A stretch of DNA of 64,000 bases, from IMG/VR virus record IMGVR_UViG_3300020349_000003; one strand, written 5' to 3'. Position 1 is the stretch's first letter. Every line of letters begins with the position of its first letter. This document shows positions 38,111-49,109 of this stretch, one piece after another. The notes beneath the pieces were generated by a model. It made no database searches. It saw only the letters and a list, made by a program, of their open reading frames with translations, and was not told the origin of the DNA. Source of the stretch: a virus (taxonomy: Duplodnaviria; Caudoviricetes). A program made the position numbers and the translations under genes.

Positions 38111-40138
38111 TTAGTACATCTTCTGTGTACCATTAACTTCTACTTCATAATTAGAATCATATTCTGTGCTAAGATCTACACCAGTTGAAGGAAATGCTCT
38201 ATCATTACCATCTATTTGACCATAGACAATCCTCACAACTCCATGTCCACCCATACCATAGGAATCACCAGAGTTTCCTCCTCCACCTCCTCCACCAGGA
38301 AATCCTCCATCGGGACAAGTGTAATTATTATATGAGTTATATGATGGGTGGTATCTATTATATCCTGAACCTGTACCTGAGAATGTACTGTTACTAGATC
38401 TATTAGAATATCCTCTAAATCCAGTATTGTGTGCTGTAGAACCTCCCTTACCACAAAAATCAGTGGTGTTATTAGGATATGAGTTTCCACCAGCACCACC
38501 TCTTGCACCATTAGAACCTTGTCCATATATACCAGTTCCACCTCCACCATTGGAGTAGTTATTGGATGAACCATTGGCAGAAGAACCTCCTCCACCTCCA
38601 CCTGCTTGACCTGCTTGTGAAGTACATCCACTATATGAAGGATTTCCTACTCTACCTGAACCTCCTTGACCACCACCATTATATCCTCCAGCACCTCCAC
38701 CTGCTTGACGACATCCACCATAATGTGATGATGCTCCTCCAGCACCTCCACCATCTGAATTTGAAAAATTTCCACCAGGAATATTATGACATCCACTACT
38801 GTAATTACCTTTACCACCTGTTCCACCACCAGCATACGCATGGTTTGAACCAGCAACTTGAACATAACTATTACCACCATTAGTTCCATAAGCACCCCAA
38901 CCATTTGCCATTCCACCACCACCAACATAAACGTTGATACTATCACCAGCAGTTACAGATATATTATTTTTATATGCTAATGCACCTCCTCCAGCACCAG
39001 CACCATCATGGTTTGCTTCACCACCTCCTCCAGCACCAACAGAAATAACATGTATCTTATCAACACCAGAAGGAACTTCCCATGTATATGCCTTAGTTGC
39101 ATTTGGTCCATCAGCATGAAATATTGCTTCACCAACTGCACTACCAGCACCAGCACCAAATGGATTATCCTCACTCGACGCAGTATTACCATAAGTAACA
39201 ATTGGTCCAGGAGTTCTTACAGCAGTTGCTGGTGTAACAGCATTAAGACTTAACATCAAGAGTTCAACAGTTGCAGTTGAAGCACCTTGACTGGTTGTTG
39301 TTAATGCGGATATTGGTGTTGGTAATGGAGAAGGTTGTAGTGAACTATTTGTTACACGAAAATTGGAGATATTACCAGTAAATCCAGCACTACCTGATCT
39401 ATTAGCACCAATTTTTAATTTATCTCCTTTAACCGCTTGATGAACACTAGTGAAAGTATGTGTTGCTACTGTACTACCATTAAGGTGCATTTTCCAGTAA
39501 GTACTGCCACCAGTAGTCCTAGAGTCAATTACAATATAATGCCAAGCACCATCATTAATAGCGTTCCAACCACCAGAGTGAGTTAAATATGTTGTTGTAC
39601 CCTCTTGAAAAATATAACTAGAACCACTTCTTCTAAGTGTATATTTACTAACTGATCCACTATGTTGATAGAATTCAAATAGAGTAGTATCATTAAAACT
39701 ACTACCAGTATCTTTTACAAATAATTCAATTGTCCAATTTTCTGATGATGCAAAGTTCCAACCACTACTAGGTCCAGGAACCTCTAAATAATCTCCACTA
39801 CCATCAAAAGCAGCACTATATGATGCTGCTGCAGAACTTGTTGTACCTGCTCTTTCAGTAAATTCACCATAAGGATACCACTGATAACCATCGTAATACT
39901 CTACACCTATCTCATTTCCTTCTGCATTATTATCATTATTCCACCTCAAATAACCTGCTTTAGGATTAGAAGGTCTTTGTGAAGTATTACCAACTGGTAA
40001 CTGAAAAGCACCACTATTCTTACTTAAATCTACTACACCATCAATCTGTAAAGTATGACCAGCACTGATACTAACTTGACCAAGTGTTGTACCTATACCC
40101 GATAGATTCTGAACTGTCAATCTTGCTGCTTCAGTCAT
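38111..40138 (-). CDS. Fibre-like protein with LamG/concanavalin-like and glycine-rich domains
   Basis: LPVGNTSQRPSNP module; SAAFDGSGDYL...WTIE...WHYI...LKIG...FTGNISNFRVT (LamG-like); Gly-rich C-terminus. Confidence 0.75.
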   Translation of the reverse strand: MTEAARLTVQNLSGIGTTLGQVSISAGHTLQIDGVVDLSKNSGAFQLPVGNTSQRPSNPKAGYLRWNNDNNAEGNEIGVEYYDGYQWYPYGEFTERAGTTSSAAASYSAAFDGSGDYLEVPGPSSGWNFASSENWTIELFVKDTGSSFNDTTLFEFYQHSGSVSKYTLRRSGSSYIFQEGTTTYLTHSGGWNAINDGAWHYIVIDSRTTGGSTYWKMHLNGSTVATHTFTSVHQAVKGDKLKIGANRSGSAGFTGNISNFRVTNSSLQPSPLPTPISALTTTSQGASTATVELLMLSLNAVTPATAVRTPGPIVTYGNTASSEDNPFGAGAGSAVGEAIFHADGPNATKAYTWEVPSGVDKIHVISVGAGGGGEANHDGAGAGGGALAYKNNISVTAGDSINVYVGGGGMANGWGAYGTNGGNSYVQVAGSNHAYAGGGTGGKGNYSSGCHNIPGGNFSNSDGGGAGGASSHYGGCRQAGGGAGGYNGGGQGGSGRVGNPSYSGCTSQAGQAGGGGGGSSANGSSNNYSNGGGGTGIYGQGSNGARGGAGGNSYPNNTTDFCGKGGSTAHNTGFRGYSNRSSNSTFSGTGSGYNRYHPSYNSYNNYTCPDGGFPGGGGGGGNSGDSYGMGGHGVVRIVYGQIDGNDRAFPSTGVDLSTEYDSNYEVEVNGTQKMY

Positions 40139-40169
40139 TTGATATTAAGTAATCTCTTTTATATTTATG

Positions 40170-40352
40170 TTACCACTTACCAAGAGGACATTTCATTCCA
40201 GGTATTCTAACCTTGACTTCCATTAGACATCCACACTGATCACATTGATGAGTATTTTTGAGGTATTTGTGAACTATAGGAAAATCTATAAAGTGTTCAC
40301 ATTCACCACATATCTCTAAACGATGTTTAATTTTATCTTGGAATTTACTCAT
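40170..40352 (-). CDS. Cys-rich small protein (DUF6171-like)
   Basis: RLEICGEC...CDQCGCLMEVK...CPLGKW. Confidence 0.75.
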   Translation of the reverse strand: MSKFQDKIKHRLEICGECEHFIDFPIVHKYLKNTHQCDQCGCLMEVKVRIPGMKCPLGKW

Positions 40353-40354
40353 AA

Positions 40355-41209
40355 TTAAGATTGATCGTACATATATCCACCAGGTGTATGTGTATAGAAC
40401 CCTTGTCCACCATTAACACTACCATCAGTTGAATAACGTAATACTAAATTAGAACTAGCACTGGTACTGTTAGAGAAAGTATTCATTGTTATTTCATAAG
40501 GTTGGTGTGTACTAGAACTAGCAGCACCCCTAATTTGATCCCAACTACCTGTATAGGTACTACCAAACATACTTTCATATCTATATGGGTCACAACATGA
40601 CTCACTTTGACCACTAACACCAGTAATCGCTAATCTTTTTCCAGAAAATAAATATCCAAACTTTTGAAAGGTCTCTACAAAATTTGTATTTAATGTTCTA
40701 TTCCATGTTTGGTTAGCATTATTACCAGGAAAACTTGTTCCACTAATACTTCCCAGAGATCCAAGAGGAAATACTATCTTACTACCATTTTGAGTTGTCT
40801 GTTGTTGTGGAGTAATCATCTCTTGTCCTCCTGTTGCTGTTTGCACAAGATGGGGAGTATCTGCTTGTGCCATACTATTCCACTCAGCAAGACTGGTAAT
40901 AATTGGTTGTGATGCTTCTTCTTGACCAGATTCAGTATTAGCAGTAGCAGAACCTGGATTTATATATTGCCACCCACCTTTACCTGGACCTTTCCAATAC
41001 TCTAATTGACCTGTCCATGTATTCATCCATAAAGATCCATATGTAGGATTGGATGGTCTTTCATTATCAGGACCACCTGGAATCGGTGCATATGATTGAT
41101 TGTTTAATCTTAAGTCACCATGAATTTCTAAAAGAGTATCATCTTCTAATTCTACTCTAAAATCGGGGGATTTGCCTTGTATGTCAGCAACATTAAGACG
41201 TCCTGGCAT
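40355..41209 (-). CDS. Fibre-like virion protein
   Basis: IPGGPDNERPSNPTYGSLWMN...LEYW module. Confidence 0.65.
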   Translation of the reverse strand: MPGRLNVADIQGKSPDFRVELEDDTLLEIHGDLRLNNQSYAPIPGGPDNERPSNPTYGSLWMNTWTGQLEYWKGPGKGGWQYINPGSATANTESGQEEASQPIITSLAEWNSMAQADTPHLVQTATGGQEMITPQQQTTQNGSKIVFPLGSLGSISGTSFPGNNANQTWNRTLNTNFVETFQKFGYLFSGKRLAITGVSGQSESCCDPYRYESMFGSTYTGSWDQIRGAASSSTHQPYEITMNTFSNSTSASSNLVLRYSTDGSVNGGQGFYTHTPGGYMYDQS

Positions 41210-41632
41210 TTAGATAACACTCCATGCTGCATTACTTTCAATAGTTACTGTGTAACCAGAGTTAATAGTTACAGGACCACAAGTAAAACCATTAGTGTAC
41301 TTAGCATCATTATTTGCTACTGGTCCTATTGTTAGGTTCTCTGCTATTGTTGGTGGGTTGCACCTAATAATACTATCCTCACCTAGAGAAGGACCACCAC
41401 CAGCAACGGGTGCCCATCCAGCAGTACCATCACCAATATCATTAACATATATTTCTGCGTTATCTATCTCGCTGTTATACCTCATAGTACCAGCAGTAAC
41501 ACCAACAGGTCTCTGTGCTGTAGTACCAACAGGTAATTTGAATACACTATTGGTATTCATAAATGATAACGTTGTTAGAATTGCTTCTGTTGTAGTGGAA
41601 ATCTGATTTCCACTAATTCTTGAAATTGCCAT
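41210..41632 (-). CDS. Small fibre/virion protein
   Basis: LPVGTTAQRP module; GPVTINSGYTVTI...WSVI C-terminus. Confidence 0.7.
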   Translation of the reverse strand: MAISRISGNQISTTTEAILTTLSFMNTNSVFKLPVGTTAQRPVGVTAGTMRYNSEIDNAEIYVNDIGDGTAGWAPVAGGGPSLGEDSIIRCNPPTIAENLTIGPVANNDAKYTNGFTCGPVTINSGYTVTIESNAAWSVI

Positions 41633-41657
41633 AAGTTCCCCCTTATCCTGTTATTAT

Positions 41658-44600
41658 TTAGATAGGTAGCTCTAAGATATGTATAGTATCAGTTGTTAAT
41701 GGTGCATCACCAGCATTGAATACTATATTAGCACCGTTAGCATCAACACTATAGTTGGTACCTGCTATCTGTGCTACTCCATTTAAGAAGACAGCAACAG
41801 AACTGGCAGCATGTTTAATACTACCACCATATACGGTAAGAGCAAACGTTAATGTAGTACCATCTCCTGTATATGATTTTGTGATGTACTTATCAGCAGC
41901 AACACCACCTCTACCAGTAACAACTAAGTCACCATCAATTCTCACAGATCCAGTACATCTAACTCTATAATCTTGTTGAGGTGTTTCACCAATACCAATG
42001 TTCTTAGTACCAGAGAAATCTCTAATTTCGATTTGACCTGTATCAGTTATACCAAATTCTTTCCATGCTTGACTGTGATATATCCAACCAAGAGATTGAC
42101 CTGGTGACCAGTTGATATTATAAACTAAATCACCATCAGAAGGTGTATCATAGTCAGTAATATTACTAAAGTCTGGTAATCCATTAACTAATGCTGGTGC
42201 TAGTAGAGTCTGCTTAATAACTGTACCATCTTGGTTGAAGTAAGATAACTTCTTAGATTGTAAGTTCTTAGTAGAAGTAACTAGACCTTGGAATGTAACA
42301 GGACCAGCGAATATAGATTCTAACTGGTTAGATGCTCCACCAATTACAGTTATTTTATCGGTAAGAACCAACTCGGAGAATGTCTCGATAGTTGTGTTCT
42401 CTTCACCAATAACATTCAACTGTGCAATATCTTCATTAGTGATTTGTCCTGTAACTGGGTTAATAACCTGGTTACCAATGAATAGGTCACCATTAGAGTT
42501 AAGACCAGAGTAGAAAGCAACACCTGCTTCTTCCTTAATAGACTGAGAGAACTTAACCTGTTCAGCAGATAGTGTCTCAACCTGAGTTTGAGGGAACGCA
42601 GTTGAATAGTTACCTGGACCAAAACCAAGATATTCAAACGTATGGTTACCCGATCTTAGGATAGAGTGTCGTCTAAACTCTACATTGATTGGTGCTACCG
42701 TTCCATCATTATTCTGTCTAATCATAATTGCTCTTGTTTCTTCATCACCAGCACGAGCAGTCAATTCTACATTAGATAATCTCTTATTAACTGAGTCATA
42801 GTTTGGTGTACTACCTGGTTGAGTCCATCCAGTATCTGTTAGTAAGAACTGTGTACATTCCTTAGTAATAGATAACTTAGGATCTAATGCTGGTGTTGGT
42901 GTAGCACCATCAGTTGCATTAACTAAACCAATTACTTGGTTATCAGCAACAGATACAGAAGCATTAGGGTCAGCAAGAGGATTATCTCTATCAAATGTAG
43001 GATATACTTCGTTAACATTTTGAGAGAACTTCCTATCATTGAAGTTAGAAGTTGAAGGTGCTATAGATGCACACAATAGTGTTAAGTAATAGATACCATC
43101 ATCAACACCTCGAACAAATGGTTGTACTACTTCAATGTCATACACATAGAAACACTTAGATAGTGCATATGATGTAGTATCACTATTCAAAGGTTGCATT
43201 ACATAACCAGATAGAGGATCTCTTGGTAATGGATTACTCTTATCCTTATCAATTACATAACGGACTCTGTACGTTCTATCCTGTAAATCTCTTGGATCTG
43301 GGATTCTCTTGAGGAAAGTAGTAGGAGTGAAGTTAACATTATTATAAACGTTATTAGTCGAAAGGGTAGTATATATTTCATTTGATGTAGCATCAACCGC
43401 TAAGTACCAACCACCTACAGTGTCAGGAACACCATTTATAGTATAAGTTGCACTATCATATTGTAGTGGTGAACCAGCAGTTCCTGCTGTTTTACCTGAT
43501 ACACTAGGACCATAAGGTGTGATACTCGCTGATTGAACAGTGGGTTCAGTTGCACCGTTAGCAATTAGTAAGCAATTTAATTTATCTGCTACCGCAGTAT
43601 TTCCAGTTCCATCTTGTCTAGCACCAACTGTATAACCCTGTACTCTTGTTGTTGGTGGAGATGCTTCTACAGTATAACCATAGAGATACAATCTAGTTCC
43701 TGGAGTACCACCTTGCCCTGCTAATGCAGAGTTAATTGTTTTTGTTCTCTTAATATCAACGTTTGTCCAGTTAGCAGTAGTTTCTTCACCAAAGATAATA
43801 TTACCAGCAACACCAGCAGTATTAGCAATACTTAGAGTAACCACTCTAGTATTAGTATTGAAACTTCCAACAGTTGAACCAGTAGCAATACCCTCACCAT
43901 GAACTAACATTCCTTGAATCAGACCATTAACACTACCATCATTAGCAAGTGTTATTGTAGTTGCACCACTAGCACCAGTACCAGTTGTTGAAATAACACC
44001 TAAAGCTTTAGGTGGTATAATATGAGTTAATGCACCTGCTTTATCTTTAGAGAATGCTTTTTGTTTAAATCCAGCAGATCTTAATGCAGTATTACCAAAG
44101 TTACTGTTACTGTTGGTAATTGACATGTCAGCACCACCAATAGCAGAGAAGTGAGCATAGTATCCAACAGCGAACACCGAGACTGCCTGAATAAATGCAT
44201 CATTAGATGCAACAATGTGTCTATGACCCCAATCTTTTCTATATTCTGCATAACCATCTAAGTGAGCACCATCTCCAGATGTTGCTACATCATAGTTACC
44301 AGTTGATTGATTATATCTTACAAATGCTCTATCGTCTTTCTGTAGTGATAGTCCAGTAAACTGAGCAACAACCATCGATTTGAAACCAGTTGCTTTAAGA
44401 CCATCTGCCTTCATTCCATTCATACCCCATACAGAACGTAGGGATAGGTTGAACGCATAAGGTGATGCAGAGTCAACTGTATCAATCTCTGTCTTAACTG
44501 TTACGTTTGAACCAACGGCATTACCTGAAGGTTCTGCTGACATTTGGTAAGTAAATACGTTACCAGATGCAGATGTTACAGTGAATGAACCATTGTATAT

Positions 44601-45620
44601 ACCAGAGTCTAATTCTGATTGAGGTCCAGTTGAACCTGTAACTCCAGAGATGTTAATGTTAACACCAACAGAGAATCCATGATCTCTTGGGTTGTCAAAC
44701 TCATCAACAGTAACAGCAGTTGCTGTCTGACCGTTTCTTGTAATCTGTAGGACTCTATATTCATCAGAAATAGGACCAACGATTCTATTTTCCTCAACCC
44801 TTGCCTGAATCTGGTCAGTTGTTGGATCTCCAGAAGTATCAGGTATAGTAGCGAATGCTTTAGATATCTTCTGATAATATATGTCTAAATCAGTTCTTGA
44901 AAGTATGTTAGGAACAGCAGAATAGTCTGCGTTAGGAACAGTTCCAGCAGAAATAAGAGATGATAATGTATTTAAACCATCAGCAAACTCAAAACAAGTA
45001 AGTCTATGATGAGAATACTTAGGTGGTAATGTCTCTACACTATCAGGTTTGAAATATACACCTTCTTCTGCACCATCAAAGAATGAGAATTGCCAGAAGT
45101 AAGTACCACCAGTTACTTTGAAGATTGCGGTTCTTGCAGGTACTTGCTCTTCTGTGTTTATACCTTTAGCAGCGTATGTTGTAGGATAAGGAACATACTT
45201 TGGAATTATTTTAGTTCTTCTAAGGTCAGTACCAACAACAGAACAACCTCTAGGTACAATGACACCACCTTCAACGGAGTTGTATTTGTATAGTACATTA
45301 TTAGGAGATGTTAAGTCTAGGTTGGAATTAGCGTCAATAGGAGCAACGTTTGTATATAATACATCACCAGGTCTGTTATCAATCTCGTAAGTAGCAGGAT
45401 ATAAGTAAATTGAAAATGCATCAAATTCGTCATTACTCAAACCAACTCTATATGAGAACCTTGCTACTTCAAGAAATGCACGTTGCAATGACTTGAAAGG
45501 ACGCAAAGCAGAGTTACCCCTGTTGTCAATAGCGTCTGACGCATCGAAATCGTCAGGGTTGACGTAGATAATCCGTCCCGTACGGGACGTGATAATATTC
45601 TTTAACCTAGTTAGTGACAT
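41658..45620 (-). CDS. Large tail-fibre-like structural protein
   Basis: 1320 aa; MSLTRLKNII...IIYVNPDDFDASD...RPFKSLQRAFLEVARFSY N-terminus typical of cyanomyovirus fibres. Confidence 0.75.
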   Translation of the reverse strand: MSLTRLKNIITSRTGRIIYVNPDDFDASDAIDNRGNSALRPFKSLQRAFLEVARFSYRVGLSNDEFDAFSIYLYPATYEIDNRPGDVLYTNVAPIDANSNLDLTSPNNVLYKYNSVEGGVIVPRGCSVVGTDLRRTKIIPKYVPYPTTYAAKGINTEEQVPARTAIFKVTGGTYFWQFSFFDGAEEGVYFKPDSVETLPPKYSHHRLTCFEFADGLNTLSSLISAGTVPNADYSAVPNILSRTDLDIYYQKISKAFATIPDTSGDPTTDQIQARVEENRIVGPISDEYRVLQITRNGQTATAVTVDEFDNPRDHGFSVGVNINISGVTGSTGPQSELDSGIYNGSFTVTSASGNVFTYQMSAEPSGNAVGSNVTVKTEIDTVDSASPYAFNLSLRSVWGMNGMKADGLKATGFKSMVVAQFTGLSLQKDDRAFVRYNQSTGNYDVATSGDGAHLDGYAEYRKDWGHRHIVASNDAFIQAVSVFAVGYYAHFSAIGGADMSITNSNSNFGNTALRSAGFKQKAFSKDKAGALTHIIPPKALGVISTTGTGASGATTITLANDGSVNGLIQGMLVHGEGIATGSTVGSFNTNTRVVTLSIANTAGVAGNIIFGEETTANWTNVDIKRTKTINSALAGQGGTPGTRLYLYGYTVEASPPTTRVQGYTVGARQDGTGNTAVADKLNCLLIANGATEPTVQSASITPYGPSVSGKTAGTAGSPLQYDSATYTINGVPDTVGGWYLAVDATSNEIYTTLSTNNVYNNVNFTPTTFLKRIPDPRDLQDRTYRVRYVIDKDKSNPLPRDPLSGYVMQPLNSDTTSYALSKCFYVYDIEVVQPFVRGVDDGIYYLTLLCASIAPSTSNFNDRKFSQNVNEVYPTFDRDNPLADPNASVSVADNQVIGLVNATDGATPTPALDPKLSITKECTQFLLTDTGWTQPGSTPNYDSVNKRLSNVELTARAGDEETRAIMIRQNNDGTVAPINVEFRRHSILRSGNHTFEYLGFGPGNYSTAFPQTQVETLSAEQVKFSQSIKEEAGVAFYSGLNSNGDLFIGNQVINPVTGQITNEDIAQLNVIGEENTTIETFSELVLTDKITVIGGASNQLESIFAGPVTFQGLVTSTKNLQSKKLSYFNQDGTVIKQTLLAPALVNGLPDFSNITDYDTPSDGDLVYNINWSPGQSLGWIYHSQAWKEFGITDTGQIEIRDFSGTKNIGIGETPQQDYRVRCTGSVRIDGDLVVTGRGGVAADKYITKSYTGDGTTLTFALTVYGGSIKHAASSVAVFLNGVAQIAGTNYSVDANGANIVFNAGDAPLTTDTIHILELPI

Positions 45621-45661
45621 TACTTATACGCTATTCCTATATGGTTATTTATTAGCCAGCA

Positions 45662-47116
45662 TTAGGCACCGCCAAACACTCTGGTTGGTAATGCTGTTGA
45701 AGCATCCTCAAATCCAATAAGACTGAATGAGTTATTAGCAGTAGTACTATTAATAACCACTCTCTCACCAGGACCAACAACAATAGAAGTAATTTTATCT
45801 ACTTCATTAGCACCATTGGCAACACCATTGACAATATAATTTGCATCCTCAAGAGCAGTGGTCGCAGTACCTACTGAACTTACAGTAACAGTAGATCTAT
45901 CTCCTGAAAGTAGTAGTGGCACATCTCTAAATGTATCACTACCAGCAAAATCACCAGAACCTGGACCTTTAATTACTTTAAGATCTGTTCCACTATAACT
46001 ACGAACAACTCCATATGGTTGAACATCTTGAGCAGTTACAGTAAATGTTGTACCTGCTGAAGTAAATGTATCAGCACCATTAGTCCATGTTCCAGTTATA
46101 TTATAAACATAAGCATCAAGATATGTGAAAGTAGATGATATAGTAAGAGAACTATTACTACCACCGTAATTAGCATTACTAGCAGTACCAGTACCTCCAT
46201 CATAGAAGTAAAGTAATCCTTGTAATGTTGAGTTTGCACTAAAGTCATACTGAATATATCCGTTAGCACCATCGCCTTCAGCACCACTAGTAGTTTTACC
46301 AGTGGTATATTCTGTACCATCATCAGCGTTACCAGCAATACCGTCTAATCCCCACTCACCATTAATACCTATTGATAATTTAAAATCTCTACCACTCATA
46401 GAAGCATCACCAACATTAAATCTATAAACCCTATCCCCAAATACTGATAAGTTGTCTGATACATAAGAATTGTAAGTACCACCAGCAGTTGTAGTAGAAT
46501 AGCACCAAGTTTGAACACCTGTTGCAATACCACCAGTAGATACTGTTGCTGTAGCACCACCAGAAGCAGTTATAGAATCACCATCAGTAAATTCTGCACC
46601 AGAACCATTAATAGTTGATGGTCCTAAACTAATTACTGAAGCATCTACATTGTAAACAACTGCTGTTGTTGTATCACCACCAGTTCCTTTAGTTATTGTC
46701 TCACCAACTGTGAATGTACCAGTTATTGATTCAACAGTAACTCCTCTAAGTAAAAAATCTTTAACAAATATTTCTGTATATGCAGGTACTACAAATGATT
46801 CAAAGGTAAAACCCTTTTCATTGTCATCACTCGTTATAACATTTCCTGGAACTAACCCAGTAGCATCGGACATAGCGTTATTAACTGTTACCTTATATCC
46901 AGTAATAACATCACCTTCACGTAACTTATACGCACCAGATCCATCAACAGTTAATGCTTGGTCGAAATCCTTTATACCAACTTTGTATGCTGAACCTGTT
47001 CCATCGTTTGCGATAGTCAATACAGCACTTGCCGATTTATCTACATCAGCACCGTACAGAAGCACGTTGGTATTTGCTCCTGGTTTTGATTGTGCTAAGA
47101 GTCCTTGGTCTGCCAT
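45662..47116 (-). CDS. Virion structural protein
   Basis: 484 aa, Gly/Thr-rich beta protein in the late cluster. Confidence 0.65.
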   Translation of the reverse strand: MADQGLLAQSKPGANTNVLLYGADVDKSASAVLTIANDGTGSAYKVGIKDFDQALTVDGSGAYKLREGDVITGYKVTVNNAMSDATGLVPGNVITSDDNEKGFTFESFVVPAYTEIFVKDFLLRGVTVESITGTFTVGETITKGTGGDTTTAVVYNVDASVISLGPSTINGSGAEFTDGDSITASGGATATVSTGGIATGVQTWCYSTTTAGGTYNSYVSDNLSVFGDRVYRFNVGDASMSGRDFKLSIGINGEWGLDGIAGNADDGTEYTTGKTTSGAEGDGANGYIQYDFSANSTLQGLLYFYDGGTGTASNANYGGSNSSLTISSTFTYLDAYVYNITGTWTNGADTFTSAGTTFTVTAQDVQPYGVVRSYSGTDLKVIKGPGSGDFAGSDTFRDVPLLLSGDRSTVTVSSVGTATTALEDANYIVNGVANGANEVDKITSIVVGPGERVVINSTTANNSFSLIGFEDASTALPTRVFGGA

Positions 47117-47122
47117 TGTTAA

Positions 47123-48448
47123 TTAAAAACCTGCGTAAAAGAATTGTTGTAGTCGTGTCCGTGAAGTTAAGTTAGCAGCACCAATACCAGCACCGAAGTT
47201 AACATCATCAACAGTAACGTTTTCTGTAGAAAGAAGCGTTGCGTCAGCATCAGGAAATCTAATTATCCTATTTGCTGTCAAGTTATCCACTTCAATAACA
47301 GCAGAACCGTTGTTATTATTTACACTCCTTATACTAGGAGAGAAAATTGTCTTATTCTTAAGTTCCTGAGTTGCTAACTCAACAACTAAAGTTGAAGTGA
47401 CGTTACCACCATTATTTAGTAGAGATGTAGCAGGAAACTGATAATTTGTATTTGTTAATGCGTTTTGATTAGCAAGACTAAAATTAAGTTTCTTAGTTAC
47501 ATCTGTAGTATCTTGAAGTATCAATCCACCAACACTTTTATTAGTTAAAACTTGAGTAGCATCTGTTCCAACTAAAGTTAAACTTAAGTCAGGAATAGTG
47601 ATTGTTCTATTACCTGATAAACCACCAGTAGAGAATTGGGCATAACTTGTACCTACATCTGCATTAGAAACAAACCTTGGATTAACAAGAGTCTTACTTA
47701 AGACTGTTTGCTCAGTTTTAGTGTCAAGTAAAGTAGATGAAGTAGCAGTGGGTTCTGTTGCAGTTGTTACAGCACCAGCATCAGGCAAGAAATAAGATCT
47801 CCTAGTACCTGAAGTCGTTGGCCAGTTAATTTGGAAGATTGCTTCCTCTGTACCATCAACAATAACAAAATTATCCTCATCAATAAGAATAGTTTTATTT
47901 GTTAATGTCTGAGTAGTATCATCTCCTACTACAGTAGTTCCACTTCCCTGAGTAATAGTAGGAAAAGTGAATATCCTAATACTATTACCTGTTCCTACAT
48001 TACCAACCTCAAATCTCGCTCTCGGACCTTGAGTATCTTCCAATACAAAAGAACCATCCTCAACCAAGAACTGACCTGTTACTTTAACAGATCCAGTACC
48101 TTTTGGAGCAAAAACTATATCCGTATTATTAGCAACATCGTCAACAGCGTTTACATATAATGATGTACTGCTGTTACCGTTATCAAGACGAGTACAATAT
48201 AAACCACCATCACCAAAAGCAACACCAATTTGGTCGTATGCATTCTGGTATATACCAGTATCTCTATCCAAATCAAAAGTGAGTCCTGGTTCCGCTTTGG
48301 TTCCTTGTGATACACCCTTAAATAATTGATTTACTTTCGCTTTCCTGTTAGGAATCAATGGGTCAGATACAACAACAGGTAGAATTGCTTCACCCGATAG
48401 ATTGGAGTCTGATATTGTTTCTAACTGCGATATCTTCTTAGTTGCCAC
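47123..48448 (-). CDS. Virion structural/fibre protein
   Basis: KKISQL N-terminus; repeated QTLTNKT/QVLTNKS/QELKNKT units. Confidence 0.7.
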   Translation of the reverse strand: MATKKISQLETISDSNLSGEAILPVVVSDPLIPNRKAKVNQLFKGVSQGTKAEPGLTFDLDRDTGIYQNAYDQIGVAFGDGGLYCTRLDNGNSSTSLYVNAVDDVANNTDIVFAPKGTGSVKVTGQFLVEDGSFVLEDTQGPRARFEVGNVGTGNSIRIFTFPTITQGSGTTVVGDDTTQTLTNKTILIDEDNFVIVDGTEEAIFQINWPTTSGTRRSYFLPDAGAVTTATEPTATSSTLLDTKTEQTVLSKTLVNPRFVSNADVGTSYAQFSTGGLSGNRTITIPDLSLTLVGTDATQVLTNKSVGGLILQDTTDVTKKLNFSLANQNALTNTNYQFPATSLLNNGGNVTSTLVVELATQELKNKTIFSPSIRSVNNNNGSAVIEVDNLTANRIIRFPDADATLLSTENVTVDDVNFGAGIGAANLTSRTRLQQFFYAGF

Positions 48449-48473
48449 GAATAATCATACCTTTGCTACAAGT

Positions 48474-49109
48474 CTATTTAGCCATATTGAGACTCATATG
48501 TTCTCTATCAGTTGATGTGAAAGAATTAACAAACCGTGGAACAATATCATCTAGTTTGAATATGCTTTCTAACGTTATATTAGCATCTTTACATGCAATA
48601 TCTGCCTCACCATTCTCTTGTCTATCTACAATACAAAGTATTTTTCTAACATAATATCCAGCATCACGACATTTTTCAGCAGCAAATATAGCAGATTTTG
48701 CAGTAGTAATAACATCTTCTAAGATTGTTATCGTAGTTGCTTGAGGTGGTAATGGTCCTTCTAACCATGCTCCAGTCCCATGTCCTTTAGGTTCTTTACG
48801 AATTATTAAACCACCAGGAACACCAAATCTACTTGCACTACCATCCCAAAATCTATTAGATGCCATAACAACACCACTAACTAAAGGATCTGCACCTAAA
48901 GTAAGACCTGCTACACAGTTAGAATAAACGGATATACGACGCAATAACATATTAGAAACTAAATCTAATCCATCACCTCTTAATATAACAGGTTTACAGT
49001 TAACATAATGCTCTGTCTTACGACCAGAAGAAAGTGTGAAATCACCCTTTCTATAAGCATACGATCTCAATAGATTTTTTAATTTTCTTTTTTGTTCTGT
49101 ATCATTCAT
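48474..49109 (-). CDS. pyrE: Orotate phosphoribosyltransferase
   Basis: GDFTLSSGRKTEHYVNC, GLTLGADP, IRKEPKGHG, ILEDVITTA PRPP-binding loop. Confidence 0.95.
   Translation of the reverse strand: MNDTEQKRKLKNLLRSYAYRKGDFTLSSGRKTEHYVNCKPVILRGDGLDLVSNMLLRRISVYSNCVAGLTLGADPLVSGVVMASNRFWDGSASRFGVPGGLIIRKEPKGHGTGAWLEGPLPPQATTITILEDVITTAKSAIFAAEKCRDAGYYVRKILCIVDRQENGEADIACKDANITLESIFKLDDIVPRFVNSFTSTDREHMSLNMAK

Noticed and set aside
33541-39253. His-rich or Val-rich ORFs overlapping the Gly-rich genes
   Set aside because: Artefacts of GGT/GGA codon runs read in other frames or on the other strand.
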